A DNA stretch of 64,000 nt from Phoronis australis (Eukaryota > Animalia > Phoronida), in the NCBI GenBank assembly GCA_002633005.1, contig NMRA01000346.1, forward strand, positions 242,116 through 306,115. Direction: 5' to 3'. This document shows positions 27,651 to 41,349 of this stretch, piece by piece. A model generated the notes under the pieces. It had not been told where the DNA came from. It worked only from the letters and a program-made list of their open reading frames with translations, and did no database searches. The stretch's first letter is position 1, and each line of letters opens with the position of its first letter. The position numbers and the translations under genes are program-made.

Positions 27651-28054
27651 GGCCCGGAATCTAATCTTTGTATTCGAAACGGACTCGAAATTATTTTTGA
27701 CAATTTCTCTGCTACTTTTGTGTGAACTCAAGATGAGTGGTTATTAGACTATGCTCGAATACATTATACTTTACGCACATGAGTTTCTAGTCCAAGTTTG
27801 CACTTGATGACCCTTATATTCGTGTTACAAACCCGACGAGTAAAAACTCGAAATTTCGAGATCAAACTCAAACTTTTCGCCTTAATGTTGGGTTTATGAA
27901 GTGCAAACTAGGACTAAAAAATTATACACGTAAGTAATCATGTACTAGAGCATAGAATAATATACACTTATATTGAATTCGCACAAAAGTAGAGTAGAAA
28001 ATGCCAAACATAATTTCGAGTTCCATTTCGAGTGAAAAGATTAGAGCCCGGGCC
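27651..28054 (+). mobile_element. PIF/Harbinger-like palindromic MITE family C, copy 1
   Basis: CAG|GGCCCGG...CCGGGCC|CAG (3-bp CAG TSD) with long imperfect inverted arms (CTAATCTTT..CTCGAAATTAT..CTACTTTTGTG / CACAAAAGTAG..ATAATTTCGAG..AAAGATTAG). Confidence 0.88.
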
Positions 28055-28549
28055 CAGGTTTGCCTACCGTAGACACAATAAATTCGCGAAAACAAAAGAT
28101 CAGCGAGGCTTCGCCATGCAACACAAGCGAAGCACATGACCACGTCAGATTTTCTCACTCGTTTCATACGTCTACTGAATGCAACCTTCATACGTGTCGG
28201 TGTAAGTTAAGTCAGGTAGGTTTGTGTGAGATATCCAAGCATAGAGACAACTTAGTTCCCAGGATGGGGCTCCAAATGCAGGGATGTCGTATGACATAAC
28301 TTAAAATAACACATCCTTGGTGCTAGGCTGCTAAGAATGAAATGAATATACTTATACCACAATATTAGCCTCGATACAACCGTGTAATAGCCCATAAATA
28401 GACTGGGATCCCAGAGCTTTTTTGGGCATGAAAAGGTAACCAATTTTCTTTGGTACCACAGTGGTCTATGGGTATCCTCATGCTTGGAAATGGCCTTCTG
28501 GCATGTTCGCTCTGGTGGGTGTAGTCACGGGAGCCAAGAGAATGGCACT

Positions 28550-29200
28550 CAAAAATTGAGCTAGATCAACTTTTCTGGTAACCACTTCAAACTGCCTTCG
28601 ATAACTACTACGTAATCCACTGTATCGAAATTGGTCAGTGCCAGACCATTTCAGTGGTTGGGAGTATCAGCCAGACGCTTATAAACAAGGTAAAAAATTG
28701 AGCTAGATCAATCCAAGAGGTAACCGCATGAAACCAGTTGCAAAACATTCGCCGTGAGCCCAGGTATCACGACAAATCTAGTGGTGGGTTAGCTCCCCCA
28801 GACACGCCTGAGTTGAGCTTGATCAACCCACCAGGTAACCGTTTGAAACCAACTGCACGATACTCAGCATCACTGCACATGGCATAACAGTAAGATGCAG
28901 ACAATTTCAGCGGTGTGGTGCCTCTGTCAGAGGACTAAAGAAACGGCTAAATTAGAGGTAAATCAAACCAAGAGGTAACCGCATGAAACCAGTTGCAAAA
29001 TACTCTACGTAAGCTCATGTATCATGAATAAGCACTTCGAGACAAGTCTAGTGGTGGGTTAGCTCCGCCACACACGACTAAATATTTGAGTTGGGCCAGA
29101 TTTATCCGCCAGGTAACCGTTTGAAACCATTTGCTTAATGTCGAGCAACATTCTGCATGCAACATAGGGTACCTTACAGACATTTTCAGCCGAGGGGCAG
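28550..29200 (+). repeat. Diverged tandem repeat, ~115-140 bp units (about 5), alternating subtypes
   Basis: Recurring TTGAGCTAGATCAA...GGTAACC..GAAACCA at ~28556, 28698, 28813, 28951 and 29087; units 2/4 and 3/5 are most alike (CAAGAGGTAACCGCATGAAACCAGTTGCAAAA vs CCAGGTAACCGTTTGAAACCA). Confidence 0.85.
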
Positions 29201-29659
29201 TAGCGTTCAGAGGTTTTGTCGATGCAGGGGCGATTTTTTATTAGATGCCTCTCTTTCTCTCTCAACTCAAATGCATATATCCTATTCAGGTCCGTAGCCA
29301 GCTTTGAGCGGGGGTGGTTCGAATTTCAAGAACCGTGGCACCTTTGATATTTTGCAAACGTCGACACTGTAGAGTTTTCAGCTAGGCCTTTGACGCAGCT
29401 GAATTAGGGAGAAGGGAAATCTGTATACACAACAATGACTCTCAGCTATGTTCATGAGATGAGACACAAATTCGGATGTAATGTGGTCCAGAAAGAGAAC
29501 GTTTTAGCATTATCTCCTGCCATGCTTAAATGAGTGATTACACCTCATTGCATTCTCACACGGAAATGTGAAGTTTAGTCGGCGAATGGCTTAATTAACA
29601 AAATTGTTTCCCTGGTTGTATTTTAGCGTGTTACTTAAGTTGCTTACATCGCTGGAAAT

Positions 29660-30778
29660 GGGAACAGACCACTATTTCGAAGGTTCACTACTCGAACGTT
29701 CACTATTCCGAAGGTTCACTACTTCGAAGATTAACTACTTCGAAGATTCACTGCTCCAAAAATATCCAAATCTTCAAACTCAGATGTGATTTTTAACCTT
29801 TAACATGCAAAATAAACGATATTTTGGTTATTAGATGGACCTATACCGACGACAACGCCCGGGCATTAAAACACTTTGGATTTCACGTAGACGGTGACCA
29901 CCGTCTCCAGCTGACAAGCACAACTTAGGAAACGGTGGTCAGATTTCCCTGTACATGAGAAATAGCCCGCATGTCATAAAATGAGTACGCACTTGCATTT
30001 TTAAATGATATGAAGTAGAATACTGATGAATTATCAACCATGACACAGTCATCAAATCCATGTTAAGATGGCATTGCAATGCGACGCACACGGCCGGATC
30101 AAAAGTAAATAAAGTTAGTAGGCCAGCCTGTCCCTGCCAGTCCTCACGAAGTCAGGGAGTTCCATTCAGTCCTCTTAAATTTGAAACCGCCGTTGGTCGC
30201 CGCAGCCTTGACGCGTGCCCCAGATGTTGTCTCTGCTTGAGAATAAGTCGTGACCACACAATCAATAGTAGTATCTTTGTACTCGAGAATGGAACTCAAA
30301 ATTATGTTTGGCATGTTTTACTCTACTTTTGTTCGAATTCAAGATAAGTGTCTATTATTCTATGCTCGAGTACATAATGACTTACCTGGATGATTTATTA
30401 ATCCTAGTAAGCCGTTCATAAACCCAACATTAAAGCTAAAAGTTCGTGTTTGAACTCGATATTTCGAATTTTACTAGATTTTGTAGCACGAATGTAAGGG
30501 TCTACAAGTGCAAACTATACAAACTCATATGCATAAACTATAATTATTCGACCACAGTCTGATAACCACTTATCTTGAGTTCGCACAAAAGGAGCAGAGG
30601 AATTGCCAAAAATAATTTCGAGTTCGTTTCGAGTACAAAGATTAGAGACAGGGACCTGGTTTTGGAATAGTTGAAATTCGAAGTAGTGAATTTTAGAAGG
30701 TAACGAACCTTCGGAGTAGTGGACATTCGGAGTGCTGGACCTTCTGAGTATTGAACCTTCGTCATAGTGACATGGAAC
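29660..30778. mobile_element. Foldback/MULE-like non-autonomous element with subterminal 16-bp tandem repeats
   Basis: Left arm has tandem CACTAYTYCGAAGGTT units (29670-29760); right arm has the inverted units (30665-30770); flanks GCTGGAAAT / ATTGGAAAT suggest an 8-9 bp TSD. Confidence 0.75.
30272..30656 (-). mobile_element. MITE family C, copy 2 (inverted, one end eroded), nested in the 29660-30778 element
   Basis: Reverse complement of 27651-28054 along its whole length (e.g. TTCATAAACCCAACATTAA vs TTAATGTTGGGTTTATGAA). Confidence 0.85.
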
Positions 30779-32602
30779 ATTGGAAATCTTTTTCATTACG
30801 TTTGTAGCTCATATGAAGTCTGCAGGGTTGTGCACCATTGACATTGATTGACTAGAGAAGATTTTCATTGACTAAAGTTGAGGTCTTTTCAGTCATAACG
30901 TGAAAGTGCTCGGCGGGGTATTCTCAGTGCAAGAAAACATGGTGGCTGAATGTCTGGTTTTTGAGCACAACAGAGGACAGCCTGTAATGAACTCACTGAA
31001 TTTAAAAGAAAGGAAACGCACACACGTGTACACGCATTGATGTCAATTCAACAATCCACAATCAAAGCGGACACTGGATGAACAACATATTTGCATATTG
31101 GACGATCACTTTCAATTCAAACTTTAAAAACGCCAACACTATGCTCGCAATTAAACCAAAATAGCAGAACAACAAATTTCAGTTTTCTGCTGTTTGGTTT
31201 CTTGGCCGAGTTTAAGGCATTCACGCCACACTATTTTTTGGGAACTCTCTCGTTGTTATGACGTTGCTTACTTATATCGTAGGGATAGACTTTTATGCTT
31301 AGTATAGACATTCAATTCTAGACTCCCTTGTTATCCTTTGGTCAGTAGCCACCACGCGCGTAGTTTATGAATAACATAGTCTACTCTTATCGTATGCGCG
31401 ATCCTGTCATATACACAAACACCGGCACTAGGGCTAATTTGGCCGAGTACGTCCCGATGCCACGTGAAGCGATTTCAATCAGAAGCAAATTCAAATTCAC
31501 AAATTTATTACTAACTTAGTTGTCATCGTACTTAGTAGCACTAGTAGCTGAAACAATTTTGTTGTTGTTGTTGTTGTTCATTTATATCATATCTTTAACG
31601 AATATGCTGGGCGGGCTGGACCTTTTCAGCGGGGGAGGGGTTCGATCGAACTCCCCGAACCCTCTGGCTGTAACTATTAATAATAAAAGTAAAAAGGTGA
31701 AACAAACTAGAATCATTATTTGATTCAACTGCAAATCAGTCACGGATTCCAAAGGGATTATACATAGTGGTTGGATACCCCCTCCCCCAATGTGGATACC
31801 CGGGGCCGTCGCCACCATGACTGAGAACAATCTATGAGTAATTAATTTGAACGTGTTTTATATTCACTATGAAGACAAAAAGCGAACAGTTCCATTGCCC
31901 ACATGTCTGTGTCGTGCAAATGAAATTATTGTCAATCTAACTAAAACTGAAAAACTATCAGGACTCGTTATTCCCACAATTTTCCCCATCTGGCGTAGTT
32001 TGTGCGATTCAGGGCGAAAAAATACATGTATCATGGTCGGGGAAAATGTTGATAAAGTACTGACGTCATTGGTCTTGGGCTCGGTTTATGAGAAAGATGT
32101 AGATTGTCCAAAACTGAACAGTTTTCCCAAATCTGCCATTAAACACTGTGTGAAATGAAGGATTTCGGCGCGCATACACAACGCAGACAACTGCAAAAGA
32201 CGGCATTTCGATTATTTCTCGTTTTAGCAGTTGCATCAAATGACTCGTCCGAAGACAGAGGGACGCTGTTTAGACTGGTAAAATAGGACAACAAAAAATT
32301 GAAATTCGTGCAAACACAATGTGCAATCCCTCACGGACGGATTTTGGTTTTGTTTTTAATAGTGAATCACGTAGAGTATTCCGCTGTTGTCGCATAGACT
32401 TGTGAGGCTGTTCCAACAAGCGCGATGTTTCTGGTTTTCATGCCCTGACGTAAGCTTGCGGACAAAAATCTCTCACCTTGTGTGGTGACTTACGTCGTAC
32501 GGACTCACTGGCTTTATTAAAAAGTGCCTGGTTGCTCAATGTGATGCTTATTCAGCGTGAATGGGCTTAAGTAATCAATTTTGTTTCGACTCTTTATAAT
32601 TT

Positions 32603-32893
32603 GTCTGACGGGGGCACCACACCGCTGAAATTGTTTGGCATCTTACTTTTGTGCCACGTGCAGTGATGCAGAACCTCGTGCAATTCAACTCAGGTACTTG
32701 GGCGTGTTTGGCGGGGATAACCCACCACTAGATTTGTCTGGCAGTATTCATTCGTGATACCTAAGCTCACGGTGAATATTTTGCAAGTGGCTTCATGCGG
32801 TTACCTCTTGGGTTGATCTACCTCAATTGTTTACCTTGTTTATAAGCGTCTGGCTGTTACTCCCCACCACGGAAATTGTCTGACAGTGACCAG
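32603..32893 (-). repeat. Inverted copy of ~28630-28930
   Basis: For example, TTACCTTGTTTATAAGCGTCTGGCTG is the reverse complement of CAGCCAGACGCTTATAAACAAGGTAA, and CCCACCACTAGATTTGTC of GACAAATCTAGTGGTGGG. Confidence 0.88.
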
Positions 32894-33182
32894 ATACTAG
32901 CAGACGATATTTTCCCGGTCGAAGCTTAGCGTGATAAAATGTGTCGTAAGCTATAATAGTTGCTAATCCTTAATTTATAGATTCACTTTATTTCTATTTT
33001 GTTTAAATTTTCAATTGGTTTTGAGTATAAGCATTATTTGACAAAAATAGCTCGGCTTTTCTTAAAAGGTCACGACCTCCGACCCCGGGCCTCTGACATA
33101 TAAAGTAGTTACAAAAACCGAGGCGAGTCGAGAAAGGTAGATCGATTCATTGCAACGTTTCTCATTCACTATGTGGTATAAG

Positions 33183-33348
33183 TAGATTATTACATGTTCT
33201 CAGTCGTTATCCCCCTTATCTAGAGCCTCGTGGATTTTGGAGAATTATCACTCTCCGGGCTAACGCCCCTCGGGCGATTATTCTCCAAAATCCACTTGGG
33301 CTCTACAGTAGATAACGGGTGATAACGACTTCGCCATGTAATAATCTA
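33183..33348. mobile_element. Hairpin (fully palindromic) MITE, unclassified
   Basis: Nested arms TAGATTATTACATG / CATGTAATAATCTA, AGTCGTTATC / GATAACGACT and GTGGATTTTGGAGAAT / ATTCTCCAAAATCCAC around a GGGCTAACGCCC centre. Confidence 0.85.
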
Positions 33349-34439
33349 TATATCTATTTTAGATACCAGGATATGCAGGTAATTTTTAAATGTGCATAAT
33401 TCTAGGTTTACGATCAACGGACGATTGATTAGAATTCACCGCAATTTTTTTAAGTGTCAGAAAATGTCTTTTAATGGACAAGAAATGATAAAGAGGCTGC
33501 AGGAAACTGTTATTAAAATTGGCAATCACATTATGCGCAGTAATTCAATTGTATACATGAAGATATCGGTGACTATGGTTAGATTCTACTTAACGATAAT
33601 TAACGACCAGTCATCTAAATTGATCCGGTTACAATGTTTACAGACGGATGTACATGTACGGCAACTAAACAGGTTGTTCCACCCGTTTGTCGCTTACAGT
33701 TGCACTAAACTTGTGCAAAGGAATAGGCTATAAAATTAAACTCGACACGGGGATGTTTGGGTCTTAATATAGCAGGGCCAGGACTGAAAAAAATCTAAAA
33801 TAACTTGGCAGTAAACAAAATACAACTCGACAACGATGACTCCATCACGTCTCGTTTTCGTTAATATCATTGCTTTACATCCTGTGACGTTACTGTCAAT
33901 CAATTTCATGAGGAAAACGTTCCAGCTAAATCGGAACATTATACTGTGTGGTTTAAAAATAAAAAAGTTAATTAACGCATTTTTTTCTTTCAACCCGCAT
34001 TGTCCTTGATTGGATGTTCGTCTTGACAACCCGGGGTTTAATTATGTGCATTTAGTTATATTCTTGGTTCATTATAGTCCCAATGCAAATACCCCAACCA
34101 ACAGCACACCAAAGGGCCTTTTTATCATCGATTCTTTGAAAATGGCTTTTGTAGTCAGACTCTCGTGATGTTGATCAAAAAATCTTATGTGACTGAAGGT
34201 GGAAAGCCTTTTTCTGCCTTGTGTTTAATCCTACACAAGTAACTTTGTGTAAATAACTAAAGTTCCGTTACCTGATTGTAATATTGTGATATTCCTTTTC
34301 CGCAGGCTTGGGATTCTTTCTTGTCATTAATTCATTTCACTGGTTGGTGGACAACGTGTAAAAACATTAGGAACATTTTATCTTGACCATTGGAGATCAT
34401 AGAGCCAATAACTTAATTGTTTTAAATTTAGTACAGGTT

Positions 34440-34627
34440 TTAGTAAACGGCCTCAGTCCAATACATCTCGTTTTGTAAGGGGAGCATCGCTTGAGGGGTC
34501 AAACAGCTGTATGACCCAACAAAGATGTCAACAAAGCTTGATATCATTTGTAACGGGTTCAAGTCGTCAGTGCTTAACGTTGTCCTCCATAGAGGGCAGT
34601 AGCAGATCAGTTTCACAACAGCAGTTC
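34440..34627 (-). other. Candidate exon following 35101-35137
   Basis: Acceptor TTTATTTGATTTTGTGACAG|; phase-1 frame (G)TAVVKLICYCPLWRTTL...EMYWTEAVY* is phase-compatible with the upstream exon. Confidence 0.35.
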
Positions 34628-35100
34628 CTGTCACAAAATCAAATAAACATTAACTCAATTTTGATTTAGAACAGGTATCGTTAGAGATCCATCGCAATTC
34701 GTTCCTAACTCAGATGCGAAGTTATTTCCGAGTGTGAAAAGAACTGACAGCTCGTTTTAAGAAGACGCTCGGCGCATAAAATGACACGCCGTGACAAACC
34801 AACAGGTCTCACGCAATAACGACCTGTCAATTCTTTTGAAACCCCGAAATTGCGTCCAATTTACTAAGAAACAACTTGAAACAAATTTCCCCACGGTTAG
34901 AGGTTTGGAAATGTTTTTGGAAGGCGGCTGTGTATACCTGCTTTAAGACAGAGGTTATGGGGTTACAGAAAATTAGTGCATGTCTCACACAATACAGGCT
35001 CTCTGTCAGCGAACACACTCGGGCATTCTACACGCAAAGCTAAACTATATTCACGATTTTAGTAACGTGTGTAAATGATTAAAGAACGATAAGTACTTAC

Positions 35101-35137
35101 CTGTCCTAGTGAGTCGTCTCGTTGCCTGCAGCCTCAG
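35101..35137 (-). other. Candidate short exon
   Basis: TGTTATTGTACAG| ... CAG|GTAAGT (perfect donor); could instead be the end of a first exon. Confidence 0.4.
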
Positions 35138-36219
35138 CTGTACAATAACAGGCGGGCAGCGACTATAGCACGTGTATCAGCTTTGAGCGCGTAAGAATAT
35201 AGCCAGGTACCAGCCCGATTTCCTCTACTCGCAGAATATACCCTACAAGGTTTAAGTAGAAGTAGGAATTAATCAATAATCAACTAAGGTAATTCATAAT
35301 GCATGCGGCTATTATTGCAATGGTTTTCCTATAATCGAATAATAGACACCATTTTTACCAACGGTAGCCGCGTGTCCGACAAACACGGAATGTATGTTAC
35401 GCTAATTTTGTCATGTTCATCACGGTGTGACACATTTGCTCTTAATGAAAGGAGGTGACATTGATATCGCAGGTGCTCCAATCTTGCATAAACTGTCAGT
35501 TATCATGAGCAATTACAGAACGAGAACAACTTTTTGTTGATAGCGTTACGGCTTAAACCTGGCATTAATATTTCGATTTCCCTGTGTATCGTGGGGTTAA
35601 CCTCGCTACATACTGTTGAAGAAAACAGTCGTTAGAGGGAGGTAAGAAACTGTCACAACCAAATTGAGGAAGCTGTGGTGTGTAAATTACTCTTAGACCA
35701 GACGTGTATGTGTGACAGGCGCACTAGCTATACATGCGCATGTCTTACATAAGAAAGCCACAGTGTGTAATGGTCAAATGGGAAATTTTCAGTTCGATTA
35801 GTGCAGAAAACTGGTACCCCCACTTCAAGTCGTGATGTGTCCAGCCCACAGCGTGGACGGATCTATCGAATCAAGTGGGAATGCTTCGAATGATTTTCAC
35901 AGGAGAGACCAGTGAACGCATATCGTGCGTTTATATTTAAAAGGGGTCTGAACTGCATTTAGCATATTAATAGAAAACACTAATCATGCACACAACCTGT
36001 TTTGTGACCAACGCAACTTTCGCAAACGTTTAATTTTTCGGCGGTCAATCAAAAATAGCCAGATGAGATGAACTGGTTATTAAACCAAACACCTATTAAA
36101 TGAGCTCCACTCTGACCACAGTAGAGCCCTGAAAACATGAAGAAACTTAATAAAGTTGCCCTATTTTATGACACGATTTTTGTGAAGATTCCAAAGCTAA
36201 TGGAAGATATTCGAATATA

Positions 36220-36410
36220 CAGCCAATGTTACCTTTCCTGTAAAATCTAGCCTGATTGGTGTCGTTACTTTCGCATTTAAAAAACGCTGCATATAATACA
36301 TAAGACATCGCTGTGAATAATGTTTTTCTAAGCCATGTGTAAGCAGTACATGTATATAGGAAGACAAGTGTACGGTCCGTAACATAAGGCTTGCGTCAAC
36401 GCAGTGCTGC
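36220..36410 (+). repeat. Dispersed repeat D, copy 1
   Basis: Shares ACAGCCAA..., ACTTTCGCATTTAAAAA, ACAAGTGT..GTAA.ATAAGG and CAGTGCTG with 48045-48270. Confidence 0.65.
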
Positions 36411-39400
36411 AAAGTAACACCAAAGCCATACACGAGCGGACGTATACATCGATATGGAATGACGATCCCTCTCTGGTATCAAACAGATTATATCTTCATT
36501 GTTGCCTTTGAGTGAAATGTGGTGACCAAAGAAAACACGCACTTAAATAAGTAAAATTAGCGTATAATATAAACAACGCTAATTATAACCTTAAGAGCCG
36601 AAAGATGTTTGGTGCAGATTTGGACGAGGTTTGCTGTTAATTATTTGAAAATTAAAATTATCATAGTTTTGCCCTCAAAATCCCTCCCACCAGAGTTGCC
36701 ATCAACACACTGACAAAGTTGGTTAAAAACGGAAATCGCTGTGTGCTTTCAATGAAGCGTAACTAGTTCTCGGTTTTTGAAGAAGCGCCTGCCTTGTGGA
36801 CAAACCAAGCCAACCCTCGCGGTGTTCGGGCGCGAAGAACGACCCTGACCTAGCGGACATCCCCCGACAGGTGAACCCGATAAGCCAACTATCTGAATAA
36901 CGAAACCAATCAGTATAGCCTGTCTTAAACCTGATTTATAAGTTTAATTTAAACCAGAAAGTTAATCATGCAGAAACAATTTATACATTATGATGACGGT
37001 CTGGGGCAGACGTGACGATTGCCGGCATGTTATTTTAGGGCCCTTGCGAGGACCAGGGTAGATTTCAATAGCTGTCTCGCGGCGAGAGCAATCTGACCAA
37101 AACCACGTGGCCTAATTGAAAATACACGGCAATATCTCAAGTAATCTCTACCCCGGATGATTGCAAGGGGCACGAGAAGGTTCTGCGAATGTTCTTTATT
37201 TGTATTAGTAGTTCGTGTTTTATTTTCACATAGCAAATCGTAACACAAACCAAACGAGGCGAAACGTCTCTCAAAATTATTTACTTACAACGGTCGACTT
37301 TTGAAATAAACAGAAGTGAACAAAACCCGCGTGTGTAGTCAACAGCCATATTATAGGATGACACTTGTAAAAGGATTGAAACAAACAAAACGCAACGAAA
37401 TGATCGAGGAAAGTCACTTTCACAAAAAGTACACTTTTTACGGGAACAAGTGCCTTTGAATGGGTCATACAGTAAGGTTACTGAGGACATGTAGTTAAAA
37501 CTATATAAATGAACACATTTCCAAGCACGACAAAATGTGACTGAAATTGTCCACACGTTCCATTCAATAACCAGCAGTACATGTATGCCTTCAACACTAA
37601 CAAGATTTCGATACTGTTTAAGCACCGACGGAAAAGCTACATCGAAAGAATGACAGTCTAGTGGTTACATGATCAAACTATTGACAGCGACAACTGGGTC
37701 TTAAGCCGGAATTCCAAGCGAGAGGCTAAAGAAGAGAATCTCCATGATAAGAGCGATGAAACAAAGTAATCTAAAACGATGAAGATAATCGGATCACTAC
37801 AGTAATCCCACAACAGTGCAAAGTCTGCAAAGTGATGTTGCAGAACTTTAATTGCCATACAGACAACTACCCAATGTACATGTACGCTGAAATGCAACCG
37901 AGAATCAACACTGCATGTTCCAGGCTTGCACATTTTGCTGGTTGAGTGGAAGCACAAACACACACACGCACACACACACAATTTATGCGCTGACGGTACA
38001 CTTTGTGATGGCGAGTTTCGTTCAAGAATAATGGGATAACAAAGCGTACTTTACATAGGATACTACACGCTAAAAGGGAGAACATTGAAGGGTACATGTA
38101 CATGTACACGGTGTGCTGAAAAGCCTGTTATGCACAAGAAAATTAAAGAAACGTGACTGACGTTGTAAAGGAGCTACAAAAATGGGAATAAATTCACAGC
38201 TGACTAACCATAGAGTTTCGCGAAATAAAGGTATTATTGGTAGGGTCAAGTTTAAGTAGGCCTCTTACAATGAAACCATCGTTCTTACTTCCGAAAATTT
38301 GGGATATACTTTTTGAAGTTACTGGTTTCTACTACTAGAGCCACAAGACAGCAACATCCGTTGTGTTTTCCGGTTTCATTAAAAATCGACAATTCCTGCC
38401 GTTGTCTGCCAAACATTTGCTGACTTTACCACTTAAGTACGTTTACGATACTTTGTCATTCATTGAATTCGATCTCGTCAACAGAGCTGCGAACGCGAAG
38501 GTCCCGGGTCAAATGCACGCTGGGGCTTTCTCGCCCATACATGTATCGTCGTTTTTTACTTAAACGTTGACTTGAGTTTCTTAAAATTGCAGGCATTGAT
38601 TGAGGCTCACCTTTCCGTTTGATGGTCAAATTTGAGATACACTCTATCACAGTGCTACGAAAGGTAATCGAAGTAAACAAAATCAATGAAACCCCGACCC
38701 AGTGGCTTCAGTCCAAACAAATTCAGTGCATACAAGGCGTGTGCAAGTGATGACGGTGTGATCGGTAAACTTCCGACCAAGCATGCGCATTGATGCCCAC
38801 ACACACAATTACGTGTATTGTTCATCATTTCCACAGGGCCACTTTTCAGTATAGGTGGCGCTGGGTCGGAGAGCAGAATTAGTGACGGAACATACAAATG
38901 AGATCCCGTGCGCAAAGAATGAAAAATGCCTTACTGAACTCATGAAAGTTAGTGATTTCCATCATTCATTGACACGTGGCATTAAACATAATGTTTGAAT
39001 TTATTAAGAAAGTGTATGCATACTTTTGGACGTATTTTTGTTAAATTTGCCACATTTTAATAAACCTGGGATATATTTTGAACTTTAAAATCTATTGTTG
39101 TAAAGACAGTGCAAAAATACAGAGCTTACTCGAACTTTGCGCCACACTTTCGGTTTTAGGAAGTCATTGGGTTAGTAGTAATCGTAATGGTAGACGTAAC
39201 AGATTTGGCCATGAGGGTAGTGATAGTGGTAGTCAGTGGTAGTAGATTCCTACTCCAGTCAAGAAAAGGTATAGACTTCCTTGCCCAGTCACCTTTACCC
39301 TCCAAGGGTTTCCTTGTTGGGAGAAGTGGAGACGGAGGGAAAGCAGTCCTCGTAACTAAGACTTCCGCTCATACAACCACGGGCAGAATTTAATTAAATC

Positions 39401-40668
39401 CAGCGGGCATTGGCAGATTTGAGCATGTCACTTAATTACAGTCTAGACTCTTGTAACCTCGTTGTCATTATGACTCTTTTCTAATCACACAATCAACGAT
39501 CCAATAGCAATGTGAGCACTGCAGTCGTTCCGATGAAATAGCATTTGTCCGCCGGAAATGATCTCCTTGTCATGATTGCATTCAAAGGCCGTCTGTCGGC
39601 CGAAGTGAATACGGACCTACATGTTCGTCTTTTTAAAAGAAAAACGAAAGAAATGGCGTGGGTTCATATGTATTTCTGACTTTGAGGATACCACGAACCG
39701 GATTGGCGATGACATACATGTACATGTATTCTTCTGCATGTCCTTCGCAACTCACCTTTGGTTGTCGGGATGACTTTGAATATTTCATAGCTTCGCAAGT
39801 ACACGGAGTAACGAATACTTGAGTATTTAGTATCAGCCAGTAATATCAGTTATACCATTGTTATCCGCACGTCGTGCCAATAGCACGCAGTCTTCCAAAA
39901 GCGTCACTTATCACCCGTCCAAAATCCATACTAGAAGCAGCGCGTGCAAATAGATACTTACACATAAGCGGCAACTTACTGCTTGCATAGTCATTTCAGA
40001 TGTGTAGTGAAACACGGAGAAATTAATATAGCGTCGGTAATCAATTTTCCCTTTTGTCAATTGCCAGTTTAAACAGCATGTTTAGTTTCGAATGTCGAAT
40101 TCAAATAAAACCGCGTGTCATCGCTGTCTCTTATTGTCAGCCGAACGAATAGTCATCGTCGTTTGGTTTGTTGACAGAATTCCGATAAAGGAACATGAAA
40201 TAGTAATCAGATATATGTACATTTCCTCGATCACTGACACACATTCGTTTTAGTTCTAAATACTTTTCTCCATGAATCAAACATTGGTAAACTATGTCCA
40301 TAGCAAGAGATATACATGTAGACGCGATTTTGGATTATTTTACGAATAGGGGCGCAGCTGCTTGTTTATTACCGCTCAAGAACTTGCTGGTATACGCGTC
40401 ATTTCCTAAAAAATACTATAAAGGATGTAATGTTGATCGAAACACGTGTATTCTTCATCTTATATCATACAATGCCATGTTTGGCTCTAACGTTTGCATG
40501 ATTACATGTATATAGCTACGTGTATAACGGAGAATAGTATCATTGACATGGTTCTCTTCTTGTTTCATTTGAGTTTGAAAACTCCATGAAGCTTACTTTT
40601 AATCGCAAACCACCACCGAATGATTCATTTTCAACACAGCATGATTTGCTCAAAGAGAACAGAAGTTG

Positions 40669-41012
<344 letters not shown>

Positions 41013-41349
41013 CTTTACATTAAAAATTCACCGATGGTGCATCAACAAAATGACCGACTCGAATAAACGATAGTTATAGCAGCTACACACCCACGTTTTG
41101 TTAAAGATACGATCATCCCATGCAGATACATGTATGCTGTAGGTCACTCATGATATAAAGGTAGTCTCAACTAGTTCATTACTCAGAGTGTCTAGTATTG
41201 GCAAGCATTGACATTTCGCCGTTGCTCGTGTCCATGCTTGGCTCGTTAGAATTTTCCGCCAACTTGTTGATCCCGTTTACCAGCATGAACGAACTCTCTG
41301 TCCAGTTTCCACGCCCAGAAATCACATCAAATCGTCAATACTTAATACC

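Larger units (their letters stand above)
29287..31670. mobile_element. Possible hAT-like element whose ends enclose nested insertions
   Basis: Left end CAGGTCCGTAGCCAG..GGGGGTGGTTCGAA; right end GGGGTTCGATCGAACTCCCCGAACCCTCTGGCT (partial inverted match). The right TIR is eroded, so pairing of the two ends is inferred. Confidence 0.45.

Noticed and set aside
39140-39400. Thr-rich, mucin-like minus-strand frame (also 55733-55954)
   Set aside because: Derived from degenerate (TAG)n tracts, bounded by stops, with no convincing splice acceptor.
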